DNA of 60,815 nt, filler included, from Jimgerdemannia flammicorona (Eukaryota): assembly GCA_003990765.1 (NCBI GenBank). It is 3 parts of 3 records of this genome, joined end to end, with 100 filler letters (N's around TTAATTAATTAA, not from the genome) between each part and the next. Parts side by side here need not be neighbours in the genome. Positions count along the whole stretch, not along the records: positions 20,313 to 40,515 come from RBNJ01001736.1; positions 40,616 to 60,815 come from RBNJ01001737.1; 1 more part is not named here. One strand, 5' to 3'. The notes below the pieces were generated by a model. That model had not been told where the DNA came from, did not search any database, and was given only the letters and a program-made list of their open reading frames with translations. A program made the position numbers and the translations under genes. Shown here piece after piece: positions 37,694 to 50,064 of this stretch. Every line of letters begins with the position of its first letter. The stretch's first letter is position 1.

Positions 37694-39963
37694 AGTTGTG
37701 TGTATATTCAAGAGTTGTGGTTGTTTGTTTTGATTTGTTATAATTCTTTATTTAGATATACAGTATTTTTAATATATATACTTTTGGTTCTGTTTGATAA
37801 GATTCTGTTTATATAAATCTTGTATTCTGTAACTTTGAGTTGACTCAGCTTTGTGCTCTATGACCTTGATTTTACTCAGCTTCATGATCTTATATGTGAT
37901 TTCCAGATTTGTTCTAAGGGTGATATATGATTTCCAGATTTGTTCTAAGGGTGATATATGATTTCCAGATTTGTTCTGAGAGTGATATTAGATTTCAGTG
38001 GCTTAGAGGTTATATGCTTATAACTCTCCCCTTCTTAGCTTTTGATATTCTCATTGAGGCTTTTATTTTTGGTTTAGTATTGTTATATCATTTAGATGGT
38101 CAAAAGTCTAGTAATATTCTTTTTTTCTCAGAAAGTAGCATACTTATAATACAATTACCTAATATATTGAATTCATATATAAAAGAGTCATGTGTCCAAT
38201 GCTATATGCCAGAAGTAATTCTGATATCATTCACTGCTAGAGAATTTTCTCTAAGAAATCTTCTTAAATATCTATGCCTCATTTTCCACCAGCAGTATGT
38301 AGAGAATAGGCTGGGTTTCAGTTTTGCTATTTTTCTAGAGAGTTAGTGTTTTTGTTGTTCTTGACTTACTGAGTTCTTAATTTCATATATAATAATTATA
38401 AGAGTACTTTTAACAATGTTCAAGAGAGTAATATATAGTATAGGACTGATAGTATTGGAGTGTTTGGATTTAGTTGTTCAAGGAATCATATTCCTGAACT
38501 AAGTCTGTAGCATTTTGGAGATTGGTTTTGGGTTCCCATATTGTATTATAGATTGGATAACCTTTTTATTTAACAAGATATTTGGGATAGTTCTTGTGAC
38601 CATATTTGTTGAGGATTTGTTCAACTTCATATTCTTCCTAGTCATTAATAATAATAGGTGTAGGTGGTTTTTGCAGTTCAGTTTAGGAATAGTACATCAT
38701 CAATTTCATTATATCACTTGAGATATGAATATTGAAGACTGAGTGAATCTTAATAGTATCTGGTAGTGCCAATTTTTAGGAAGTTGGAGAGATTGGGCAA
38801 TGACTTTGAATGGTCTAATAGATTTGCTATTTAGCTTTATAGAGGGTCTGTGCTTGAGGTTGTCAACTCAGTATCCTCTGATATCTAGTAGGACTTTTTC
38901 TCTGATATCAAAAGTCTCTTCTTAATAGTGCCTATTAATATACTGCAATTATTGTTCCTAGGCTTGAGATAAATTCTCAATTGCAATCTGGCTTAAGTTG
39001 CCCATTTAAAGTAGAAATTCTTCAATAGTTTTGATAGTAGAGAGTTCATCAGTAGTTCTGATAAGTATTAGAGGGGTGTTTGGGTTTTGTCATATATTGG
39101 TAAAGAATGGAGTCATTCCAAGAGAGACTTGTTTGCTATTGTTGTAGACAAACTCAACTGTAGTAAGGTGCTCATGCTAATTATCTTGTCTATAGGAAAC
39201 ATAGTTCCTTAGTATTTGTTCTAGAGTTTGATTCATTCTTTCAGTTTGGCTGTTAGTTTTGGGCTGAAAAACTGTAGATAGTACAAGTTTTATTCCAAGG
39301 TGTACATGTAGAGCTTTTCAAAAATGGCTGGTGAATTTCAGATCTCAGTTACTAATAATAATCTTGAAAAGACTATGATAGTATAAGATGTTATCAAGTA
39401 AGAGTATAGCTATGTCTGATACTATTATAGTAGTAGTAGTTGGTACAAAGTGGGCTTTTTACTAAGATAGTCTATGAAGACAACAATTGTATTTTTCCCA
39501 TTCTTGGTTTAGAGTAGTTATATAATGAAGCCTATAGAGATTTGTTCCCAATTGGTAGATGTTACTGAAATAGGGAAGAGTAAGTTAGGTTTTGCTAGTG
39601 TTGAGAACTTGTTATATTGACAGGTATCATAGGAAGTAATATAGGTCTTTAGCTGATCTACCATATAGGTTTAATGAAAGTTTTAGGAAATAACTTTATA
39701 GTATTTATCAAATTCTAAATAGCCAACTGTAGGAGAATTATATCATTTGAATTAGATAGTCCTTCAGAGGTCTTAATTATTAGGAATGTATAATCTATCC
39801 TTATAATAGATAGTATTGTCCTTTAATTAATATTGTTGATATTAGAAATAGTTGTCAATATCATCACTGTTTTGGATTTCTTGAAGTACTTGAGCTTCTT
39901 TATTATTGGTATATGTAATGATAATTTAATCCATAATAGAGTTGATAACCAAGGTGAGAGTTT

Positions 39964-39983
39964 GACTAAAAAAAAAAATAAAA
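39964..39983 (+). mobile_element. Minimal LINE-mediated insertion (GACT plus poly(A))
   Basis: Flanked by a 17-bp TSD AACCAAGGTGAGAGTTT (39947-39963) / AACCAAAGTGAGAGTTT (39984-40000). Confidence 0.8.
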
Positions 39984-40515
39984 AACCAAAGTGAGAGTTT
40001 ATATAACTTCTTCAATTGGTGGTCTGGAAATTATATTAGTAACAATATTCTCCTTACCAGAGTGATACTGGTTTTCATAGTCAAAACTAGTAAGGACTTC
40101 ATCCATCTGGCTTGCTTTTAGAAAAGGGTAGTCTGGGTATTGATATTGACTAATGATTTGTAATCTATCAATATAGTAAAGTGTACTCTATTGAGGTATA
40201 GTGACCATTTGATCAGAGTGTCTATGATGGCTAATATTTCCTTCTTGTGGATTATATATGTAGTTGATTTCAGCATCATTGAACTTGAGAGAGTGATAGG
40301 CCACCAAGTGTCTATCTTGTATGAGTACTGCTCTAAGAGCTAGATCAGAGAAATTAGTAGTAACTTCATATAGTAGGGTAAAGTTTGCTACTTAAAGTAC
40401 TGGAGTGGTTATCAAGGTATCTTTCGGTACTTGAAAGGCTATATCTTGTTCAGTTCCCTAATTTATAAGATTGTTAAAGTCTTTTTCTTACATTGTATTT
40501 TTTTTTTTTTTTTTT

Positions 40516-40615
40516 NNNNNNNNNNNNNNNNNNNNNNNNNNNNNNNNNNNNNNNNNNNNTTAATTAATTAANNNNNNNNNNNNNNNNNNNNNNNNNNNNN
40601 NNNNNNNNNNNNNNN
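40516..40615. other. Assembly gap with artificial TTAATTAATTAA spacer
   Basis: 44 N + TTAATTAATTAA + 44 N. Confidence 0.98.
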
Positions 40616-41827
40616 TTTTTTTTAACAGACTCAATGTCCTGTAGATTTTTATTAGAAGAGAACCTAGACTATATAGGCCAAAACCCTCCCCCACCACTCA
40701 TCAAGCACTGCCCCTCCATTAACTTAGACTAGCTATTGTCCAGCAGCTTAACTATGCCAGGCACAGTAGGGCCTATAGTGGCCCATACCTCATTCTGTAC
40801 ACTATGCTCTCCCTACCACCAGGGAAAATCCAACCATATGCCAATGACTAAAAGCACATGCCCAAGAACCCAATATATGTATAAGATCACACCTGAGCTA
40901 AATAGAATAGCCCCTGCCACTCCAAAGAGAATGATAGGTAAAGAAAAACTCTCATCAAAGTACAACATAGTGGGTAGGGCCTGGTTCTTCCAGTCAAGGT
41001 AAGTAAAGGACTTATATGTGAGGTAGGAGAAGACCCCCAATATCCCACTACTCAAGCCTGCGGGCCTTGATTACATTGCCATATCAGCTCCCAGTTCTAG
41101 TTGAGTGTAGCTAAGACATCTGAAATGGGTAGTCTCAGGCCCCCCAACCCCCCCTGATGACCAAGGCCTAATCTGCCAACTCACCAAAAGAAGCCAAGTG
41201 TGACATCTACCACCTAACCATGCTGCATCAATCAAAAGACCCCACTGAAGCAACACCTGCCCCAGTCTTGATGACCACCCCCAGCCTAGCACTCTACTGG
41301 TTCACCATTATTACCCTTCCTCTTATCTGTGATGGCCATCTCCCTTCCCATTCTGACAACACCCAAAAAGCAGTCACCTATATCAGAACTGTGCTTGCTG
41401 GGAAGCTTGCCAAAGCCAGAGGGCTCTATCACAGGTACCGAGGACCTATAGGTAATCTATACTGAGCACTTGATGCCCAAGGTCAGCTGACTTCCTATGT
41501 AGCCTGAGATATACTGAGACAATACCTTGTTGGTGACAGTAAAAGAAAGAAGGCACTGCACCAAAACAGATGCACTCCAGATATAGCTGAAGATACCAGA
41601 AACTGTAAAAAAGTGGAGAAAGCACCAATCTGACACCAATAAAGGGGCAACTCATTACCATTGTCTCTCTCTTTTTTTTTTTTTATAGTATCACCATTGT
41701 CTCTCTCCCACTGCCCTACAATAGGTATAGCAAACCAACCTGAGATAGAGGGGGTAATAATTGTGGAAAGTGGACTTGAAAGATTGCCCACCAAATCATT
41801 GTAACTAGTAAAGTAGCAGAGAAAGGT
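40616..41827 (-). mobile_element. ~1.2-kb non-autonomous poly(A) retroelement, copy 1
   Basis: Reverse complement of 43914-45096 along its full length; poly(T) at 40616; abuts the gag of element E. Confidence 0.85.
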
Positions 41828-43300
41828 CCCTTGTAGAGTTCTTTATAAATATTTTTCTTAGTAGTCTATATAGAGTAGATCTCTTATTCTTCTTTATCAG
41901 ATTCTCTAATTTCTTTAAAGGTATTGATATTGATCTATTCTCTATTCTGAGTAGTATTGCTTGACTGTATCTTATACTTAGTTTCACTCATATATTTGTA
42001 TGAGTAGTGGCCTTCTTCTCCATAAGTATAACAGATATCTCTCTTCTTATCTGAGATAGCTACAAACTTCTGAACTAAATGGTTAATTTTCTTTACTATA
42101 TCTCTCAAGTGAGTAGTCATTTCAGCAAACTTCTTAGCTAGTTTCTCTATAGGGTTACTGTTTCTTTACTACTCAGTAGCTCTTAGTTGAGATGTGTTTT
42201 GATTGATAACTTAGTGAAAATTATACTGATTGTCTTAAGTACTTCAATTCTAACTCCAGTAGCTCTTTTCATTATATAGTCTTATAGATGTCTAGTTATT
42301 TAGTATCACTAAGCATAGATGATATTTTGTACTAAATTTAGAACTACTAATAATAAGCAGATAACCATAGCTATCTCTGAGTAGACTTTCTTTATAAAGG
42401 TTATCTTAGCTACTTGATCTCAGATAGTAGCATCATAATCTGCAAAAATTATCTAATATTGAATTCTGATATAGAATGTGTTTGAATTCTCACTCATTCC
42501 TTAGTATATTATATTGAGCTAATTCTTTAGAGCTTACTTAATCTTGTTTATATAGTAGATGACTCTAAGCCAGGCCTTCTGTACTGTCAGCATAGTATCA
42601 TCATCATTTTTCACATAGATTATAGCTGTAAATACTGCTCTTACTAAATCTTAGAGACTAAAGAGTATGAGAGCTACTTACTACCTTACTGTCAGAGTTC
42701 TTATGGTAGTATATTACTTAAAATCATCAATAAAGGTAATAATTAATTCATCCAAAGTATATTTATGGAATATTGATGGTCTTATATCTATCTTGTTTAG
42801 ATGTCTTGATTTGATTTATATAGTTATTTAGATAGTAGTAGTTATTTATTATTTAGCTTAAAAGTGAGGAATTCATCTTGAATTATCAGCCAATGGGTAC
42901 CAAGTTGTAACATAGCAGATATGTAACTGTGGAAGTATATCAGATTTCTCTATCTTGAAAACTTGATCTTTTTTGACTCTGCAGAGTCCTTAGAATATAG
43001 GTGTGGGTGAGTTCAAAGTATATCTACCTGCAGACTTACTAGTTCTCTTGCTTTCTCTTTGCTTTGAACTATTTTGTTCTGAGGTTTATTTACTCTAGAT
43101 ACTGAGGATATTTATATAAGTTTGCTAGCTATAAGATGACTAAGTTATAACTATATTTCCTATAAGTCACTTTTCATAAGTATTAATCTTTAACATTAAG
43201 ATTTAATATCTGTAAAATCTCAACATTTGTGAAAACATTAATATTTGTCAAAACTTTAATATTTGTAAAATGACTGCTATTCATAAGGCTATACTACATT
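41828..43300 (-). mobile_element. Gypsy E (family A-related): LTR end, PBS and gag, very degraded
   Basis: Minus strand TGTTACA|ACTTGGTACCCATTGGCTGATAATTCAAGATGAAT matches the Gypsy A LTR/PBS junction; gag RPSIFHKYTLDE..ITFIDDF and knuckle CYTYGEEGHYSYKY. Distal LTR boundary uncertain. Confidence 0.8.
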
Positions 43301-43913
43301 TGGAATTCAGATTCAGATATCATAATTATATATTTATTCTCTTGATTTATATTACTAATTCAGATCAACTATCATAATAAATAATCTCAGTATTTAGAGT
43401 AAATAAATCTCAGATTAAAATGGTTTAAAAGTAAAAAACTAGATAGTTTATGAGCAAATATATATATCTTTCAAACTCACTCTTATATCTCTATAACTGA
43501 CTCTGAGAAGTTAAGAAGATCAAAAATTCAAAATAAAGAAATATAAAATAAATTTAAATATTATATCTTTATATTTAATATAATTAAACATTACCAGAAA
43601 TATAAATATTATTATTAATAATATTATTAGTAATACATATTAGCCATATTGAACTTCTTCACTAATATTTAATAATGTTTGTCAGATTCATTCATATTCA
43701 ATAATATATATATATCAATATTTGGCTATATTTGACATTGGTGACTATATTTGTAGTACCCAATTGAGAGTATAGGATAGAGAAATAGAACAATCGATTC
43801 ATATGAGGTGAACATTGGTGACAGGTGTTGAGGATATATATCAACTCTCAATATAGTAGATGTGTTATGATGAAAGTAAATAATGATACTGAGAAGAAAA
43901 GGACCAAGTCAGC

Positions 43914-45096
43914 TCCTTTCTCCACTATCTTACTGGTCACAAGGTTTGGTAGACAATCTTCCAAGTCCCCTTTCCCCTAATATTACCCCCTCTACCTCAG
44001 GTTGGTTTGCTGTGCCTGCAGGGGCATGGTGGGAGGAGGGTGATGGTGATGAGTTGCTCCTTTGTCAGTGTCGGATCAGTGCTTCCTCTACTTTTTCATG
44101 GATTCTGGTACCTTCGGCTGCATCTGGGGTGTACCTGTTTTGGTGCAGTGCCTTCTTCCTTTTGCTGTTGCCAACAAGGAGTTGTCTCAGTGTATCTCGG
44201 GCTATGTAGGGAGTCGGCCAACCTTGAGTGTCAAGTGCTCAGTGTAGATTACCTGCAAGTCCTCAGTGTCTGTGGTGGGGCCCTCTGGCTTTGGCAAGCT
44301 TCCTGGTGAGCACGGTTCTGGCATAGGTGACTGTTTTTCAGGTGATGTCGGGATGAGAGGGGAGATGGCTGTTACAGATAGGAGGAAGGGCAATTACAGT
44401 AAACCAGTAGGGTGCCAGGCTGGGGGTGGTCGTCAGGGCTGAGGCAGGTGCTGCTTCAGTGGGGCCTTTTAATTGATGCAGTGTGGTTAGGTGGTAGGTG
44501 TCACTTTCGGCTTCTTTTGGTGATTCATGGGATTGGGCCCCAGTTGTCAGGGGGGGGTTGGGGGGCCCGAGGCTACCTATTTCAGGCATCTTGACTGCAC
44601 TCAACTGGAACTGGGAGCTGATATGGCAACGTGATCAAGGCCTGCAGGCTTGAGTAGTGGGGTATTGGGGGTCTCCTCTCACCTCATGTGTAAGTCCTCT
44701 ACTCACCTCGACTGAGAGAACCAGGCCCTACCCACTATATTGTACTTTGATAAGGGTTTTTTCTTTGCCTGTTATTCTCTTTGGGGTGGCAGGGGCTATT
44801 CTATTTGGCTCAGACATGACCTTGTACATACGTTGGGTTCTCGGACATGTACTTTTGGTCATTGGCATATGGCTGGGTTTCCCCTGGTGGTAGGGAGAGC
44901 ATGGTGTGCAGAATGAGATGTGGGCTACTTTGCCCTGCTGCGCCTGGCATGGTCGAGCTGCTGGACAATAGCTAGCCTAGGTTAATAGGGGGCAATGCTT
45001 GATGGGTGGTGGGGGAGGGTTTTGGCCTATATAGTCTGGGTTCCCTTCCAATAAAAATCCGCGGGACATAGAGTCCGTAAAACAAAACAAAAAAAG
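43914..45096 (+). mobile_element. ~1.2-kb non-autonomous poly(A) retroelement, copy 2
   Basis: AATAAA and A-rich tail at 45050-45096; degenerate 16-bp TSD AAAGGACCAAGTCAGC (43898-43913) / AAAGAACCAAGTTAAC (45097-45112). Confidence 0.85.
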
Positions 45097-45940
45097 AAAG
45101 AACCAAGTTAACGCGATAGCAGCTAGCTCGCTTTGAAAGCTCGGAGAGCACGCACACCCTGTACTCCATCCAACACAGCGTATCTGCTGAAGACGTACCC
45201 AACACCAGAACCTATTTCCCATTCACATTGCTAATTGCCACTCTTCAAAGCAAATTTATTCATTTCTTCCACAAACCACTCGTCAACCGCATTCCCGATA
45301 GGCAACAACGAAATGTGAAGAGATTATGAGAACCATTTTGAGAAGTGGACGACGGGGCAAAAGGCAAAAGTGGAGGGGGGAGGGGAAGTATAGCAAAAAC
45401 CAAGCAAACAGATTCATCGTCGCCACAGACCAAAGAAAATAGAACCGAGCAAGAAAGGTGATGAAAATGAAACTGCAGTACATGCATAAAGCAAATTGAA
45501 TGCACGAGCGTCACAGCTCAACAAGTTAGACAGTGGAGGTGATAAAAGCCAGAGAGAAAAAAAGGATTGAAGTATGCCACAAACCCTCTCGCCAAATACA
45601 CCAAATACACGAAGAAAAAAAAAAAAGAAGCATGTACACGAGGACCAGCCATGAGCCATATTCAAAAGAGAGCGTGGTAAACTTAGTGGAAGCAACTATA
45701 AAAAGAAGAGAAAATGCGTCGGGTAGGCTGTGAACAAACGCGCGCGAAATGTTGTGGAAAAGGTGGGTGGAGGATAGAAGGGGAAAAAAGGACCTCCCAA
45801 ATGTCATTGAAGAGAAGAGGACCAGCGTTCATTGTAAACAGCAATATTAACTCAAGGTTGCGGAGATTTTGAGAACGATGAAGGATATTTGATCTCCTTT
45901 CAGTTCTACTGTCGCCGCCGCCCGCCGCCATTAACGACGC

Positions 45941-48194
45941 TCACTTCAAATCAACAATATAGGACCATCTGCCTTCCAACAGCCCCTTCGCCGTATCTTC
46001 GAGCAAGATCTCCCGCCTCGACGCGACATACACAGTCTTGTCCAAAACGTTCTGCCTCAGCTCAGCGACCTTCTCGCGCTCGATGGGCTTCTCGAGCAGT
46101 TCCGACAGCTGCTCCGTCGCCATTTCGAGGTCCTTTTGGTTGTCCTCAAAAATCTCCGTCATGTTGTTCTTCTGCAGATAAAATGCGAACGCGTACGTCC
46201 ACTTGAGAGTCATGCGGCACTGGCAGAGCGTATCCACCGCCTTCCGAAGGAACTGCACCTCGATCCACGACAGCTCCGAGGTCGCTTGCATGTCCTCCAT
46301 CTTCTTTTCGGTGCGGGAGTAGAGGTCACGATCAAGTTTCATCGACTGTTCGTGGTTCGCGTAACGGTTGTAGTACTGGCGGAGAGAAGCAGACGGTAAT
46401 TAGTTGGTGAGTTTAGTATCTTGCAAATTTTAAATTACTTTTTGTTTCTTCCTTAAGACCCGAGACAGTTTAAACCCGAGACAGAAAACCTATACATACA
46501 TGCAAATACCGTTCCAATGACTGCCTTGACTTTGCTTGTTCACCCCTCGCATCCGATGATGACTTCTCATCAAACCTGTTACAGTTATACCAGCTTGTCC
46601 CATGCTCCTGCCACGGTCCCATACACACCCAGCAGACTGTAGGCGCATAGGAAAAGGTGAAGTGCGATTAGAGGTTATAGAGGTTAACGTTTGTTGATGA
46701 TAAAAACAAGCATCATAACCGGGATAACCCCTCAAATTAAACCGCAACTTACATTCGTATTTGCACTTGCGGCATGTCATGTGGTTACATCCTCCGTTCT
46801 TCTCGATCGTCGAATGACACTTGGGGCATTCTTTCGTATGCGCTGAAATCCAGTTCGCTGTCTCCGAGTCGTCCTCGCACTTTTTGATCCACTTTTTGAC
46901 GAGCGCGCAGACGGCCGGCTGATGCTCCCCCAAGCCGCACCCGAAGCAGAAACGATGTTGGCACTGGCATACAACAGAGGGAACAATTGTCTGGAGGGAA
47001 GAGGCGGGGACGTGGCACTCAATAGCGAACTCGCAGTTAGGCGCGGGGCACCAGCGGAGGTAGTCGTTATCGTCCACGTAGGTGCGGTTTAGTAATGAAC
47101 GGTACCTATTGGTGCGATGCATGATTAGATACGTTTTCGGAGCGCCCGTGTTTTTCGTGGTCTTTTTGGGTAAGAGATTTCCAAATCCAATCAAGTCCCC
47201 GTGAAAAATCGATTCGATATTCCGAAAAGCGGAAAAACAGGATATAGTGACTCACTTGGCATGAGTTTCCTTATCCATGGCCGTCTTCACCGTCTCCTCG
47301 TCCACGATAACGTTACATCCATCCTGGGGGCACTGAATCCGCCTCGACTCACCTTCCTCCCTAATTTTCTGTGACAGGTAGTGCCGATAGCAGTTCCCGC
47401 AGAAGCGATGGCGGCAGGATAGGGACAGGGTTTGGAGATCGGCGTCGTCATCGCAGCAAATATCGCACATGAACCCGGGAAACTTGGCCGCAGGCTCCCA
47501 GTGCGGGACGAGCGAGTTGTTGGTGATGATGCCAGCCTTGAGCATCACTTTGTCGGGATCGTCCATGTACCGCTCGATAAGCCGCTCCTTGTTCCATCGG
47601 AAGTGGCGCAGTAGCGTGGCGCTGTGCTCTTGGCGGATGCCCAGAATACTAGAGACCTGCGAGACCTCCTTCTGTTGGCTGGCAACGATGTTGGCGACGG
47701 AGTGGACGGAGAACTCGACCTCGTAGGTGCGTTTGCGATTTTTGTCGGCAACGACGCCTTCGAAACCAAGATCTTCGTTATCTTCTTCCATGAACGGATC
47801 GTCGTCATCTGTTGCCGACCAGAGATTAGGCAATGCAATGTTGTGAGAAGAAAGAAATCATGGTTTGGTAATATAAAACGTGCACATTCTGACTGATCAC
47901 GGAACGCCACGAGGTGTTTGGGATTATCCATAAATGGAGTGCAACTTGTCGTTTGACCTACCAGAGTGCATGGATGTACTATCGTACTCATCCTCTGGTT
48001 CGCTGTCCTCGTCCATTGTGTCTTCAACTTGGTCCTGTGGGTAGTAAGGCACAAGAAAAATGTGTGTGGAAGGTGGTCAGCCCAGATGTGTATGGGTTGC
48101 AATGGCCAACGTGGCAAACGCAGGCTGGACAAGGGTGGACAATGTAACAAGGGCAACCTACTATATAACCGTCGGATTCTGCGTCGGAGGCCAT
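45941..48194 (-). CDS. ARI1: Ariadne-family RBR E3 ubiquitin ligase (ARIH1/Hel1-like), multi-exon
   Basis: Acidic N-terminus (exons 48194-48162, 48034-47962), LLRHFRWNKERL, RING1 CDICC...CRHRFC, IBR RWCPAPNC, RING2 TKECPKCHSTIEKNGGCNHMTC, Ariadne domain CRMTLKWTYAFAFY; GT-AG introns. Confidence 0.95.
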
Positions 48195-49020
48195 GTTTCT
48201 AGGAGTGATGGTTAAGGGGCTGTAGGTTGTTGGTGTATAGACAGGTGGGCAGCAGCAAGAGAAGAGAAGAAAGAATCGGGGGGTTGGAGTGACTGCAATG
48301 TTATTAGTTATCGTGGGCTGCTATGTCATCATTTCCGGAAACAATCATCATGACTGGTCACGTGGCCATCCGAGCACATACTCCTTGGTGCTGCGCCGTG
48401 ACTCATCGTAGCCATTATAGCCGCACGCCACCGACTGCGCTTCTTGACACCGGCTTTCTCTCCATTGCGGCTGCGCCCACTCCAACTTTTATCAATAATC
48501 GAGCACAGCAGCCAAATGCTGAGGGGCGCTATGCCATACTGGTCTCTTATTGACGTATTTGCAGACTAGAAAAGCATACCTGCACGGTCTCCATTGCCAC
48601 TGGACCCGATGGCTGGTTCGGCCCCTGCTGTTGCCCAACAGCATTGTAATCCCAGCAGAAAAGCCAGTTCTCGCACACAATATCTATACCCTCGCGATCT
48701 TGTCATCTACTGGCCGAAAATCGTGTGGAACCTCACATGATCGGGATGACCATTGCCTGACTTTCGCTGTAATGAGGACATTCTCAGCAGTGTGAAGCGT
48801 GTTTGATTTCGATCATGGGACCTGAACTTTTAACCCCCCGGGAAAATTCTTCGACTGCATAAACCATGTGCTATTTCTTGGCAATCTTCAAATAATTATA
48901 ACAATTGCAATGTACAAGAGCCCCGTAACTCACCTAACTGGAGTACTGGAGTGCATGTTTCTTTCCGCCGTAAGACACCTCCAAGACAACATCTCGCAAT
49001 CTCCGCATCTAACTCCGCAT

Positions 49021-49818
49021 TCACTCCGCCCCCATCTCGACCCCGCACAAATCGTCGAACTCGGCCACGCGTTCCTCGTCCAAGCTAGGTTGATTAAGCC
49101 AGACGCTTAACATGACCATCGCCTCCTCGCGCCCAGGGACGGCCGCAAGACCCGAGGTGGAAGAGAGCGCACGCTTCGTGATCAGCTCAGCGGTGTACGT
49201 GAGGTGAATGGCGTGGGCGTTCGTGACTGGATTAATATTTGTTGTAAGAACGATGACGATGATTTCAACAATCGAACATCAAAATGAGTAGTCCTGTACA
49301 CCGTACCAAAACGCGACAGCGGACAAGTTTGGAATAGCGGTCGCCCTTCTACGAAGTCATTCCCAAATGTTTCCCGCGCGCGATCGGCCAGCGTGTCGAG
49401 CTGTGACATGAGGTTCTCCATCTTGACATGCTGTGCTGCCTTGATAATTAAGGGCAATTGGCACTCATAAACAGCGACATCCGCGTGCGCAATGAGATAC
49501 AGATTGATAACCATTCATAACGAACCACAGGAAAAAACCTCATACCATCTTATTAACAACGCCCACCAAACTCCCCGCCAACTCGGCGACTTTCAACGCC
49601 ATCTTCTGCTCGTACCGCTCGCGTAGGTCTCGGAATGCGTCGAGCGATGGGTGCCAGTGGCTCGGGTGGTCAACGTACCTCTGTTGCAGGCGGGCATTGA
49701 CCAGGGAGTTTGCGATGGCGAAGGAGTCGCTATTCAGGTCGGCCCAGGTGCGGCGGGCGCGGCTGAGGTCGTCGAGGAGGGAACGGGTTTTACGCTGGAT
49801 GGAGCCGAGTTGGGACAT
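49021..49818 (-). CDS. CINP / C1orf109 (AIRIM)-like protein, 3 exons
   Basis: W..LNSDSFAIANSLVN...PSLDAFRDLRERY, PLFQTCPLSRF, YTAELITKR...LSVWLNQP...EMGAE* resemble my recollection of the CINP/C1orf109 family; introns after KM|gt and F|gt. Confidence 0.65.
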
Positions 49819-50064
49819 TGGAAATGACGGATGAGTTCAGATCGCTTGGACTGAAGGCGAAATTTCAGGAGAGCGTCACGTTGTGACGTCATTTAAGCTG
49901 CGTTCTGTACTTTGCAGTCGCGTCGCGTCGAGCATTCTCACTTGCGCATGAACGTTTCCAGCACCCGTGTATTACTACACTCCAAAACAATTGCGGCACC
50001 ACTTTCCCTGATCGTTACTTTATTCCCCCTAACCCCCCCCCCCACCGCATCGTCCACCATGTCC

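Larger units (their letters stand above)
35958..40515 (-). mobile_element. Chromovirus (family B) 3' half: RH, INT, chromodomain, PPT, 3' LTR; cut by the gap
   Basis: LTR 38022-35958 matches the solo LTR 3183-5205; PPT AAGAAGGGGAGAG at ~38036-38024; chromodomain EEYEVEQILNK..KYLVK*KGY..NTIWEP.TNL at 38637-38482; integrase FQPKTNSQTERMNQTLEQ. Confidence 0.9.

Noticed and set aside
43300..43800. AT-rich tract with imperfect inverted repeat (~43637-43731)
   Set aside because: Too degraded to define termini or TSD.
40616..45096. Inverted 1.2-kb repeats as TIRs of one composite DNA transposon
   Set aside because: Each has its own poly(A) tail and copy 2 has its own TSD, so they are independent retro-insertions.
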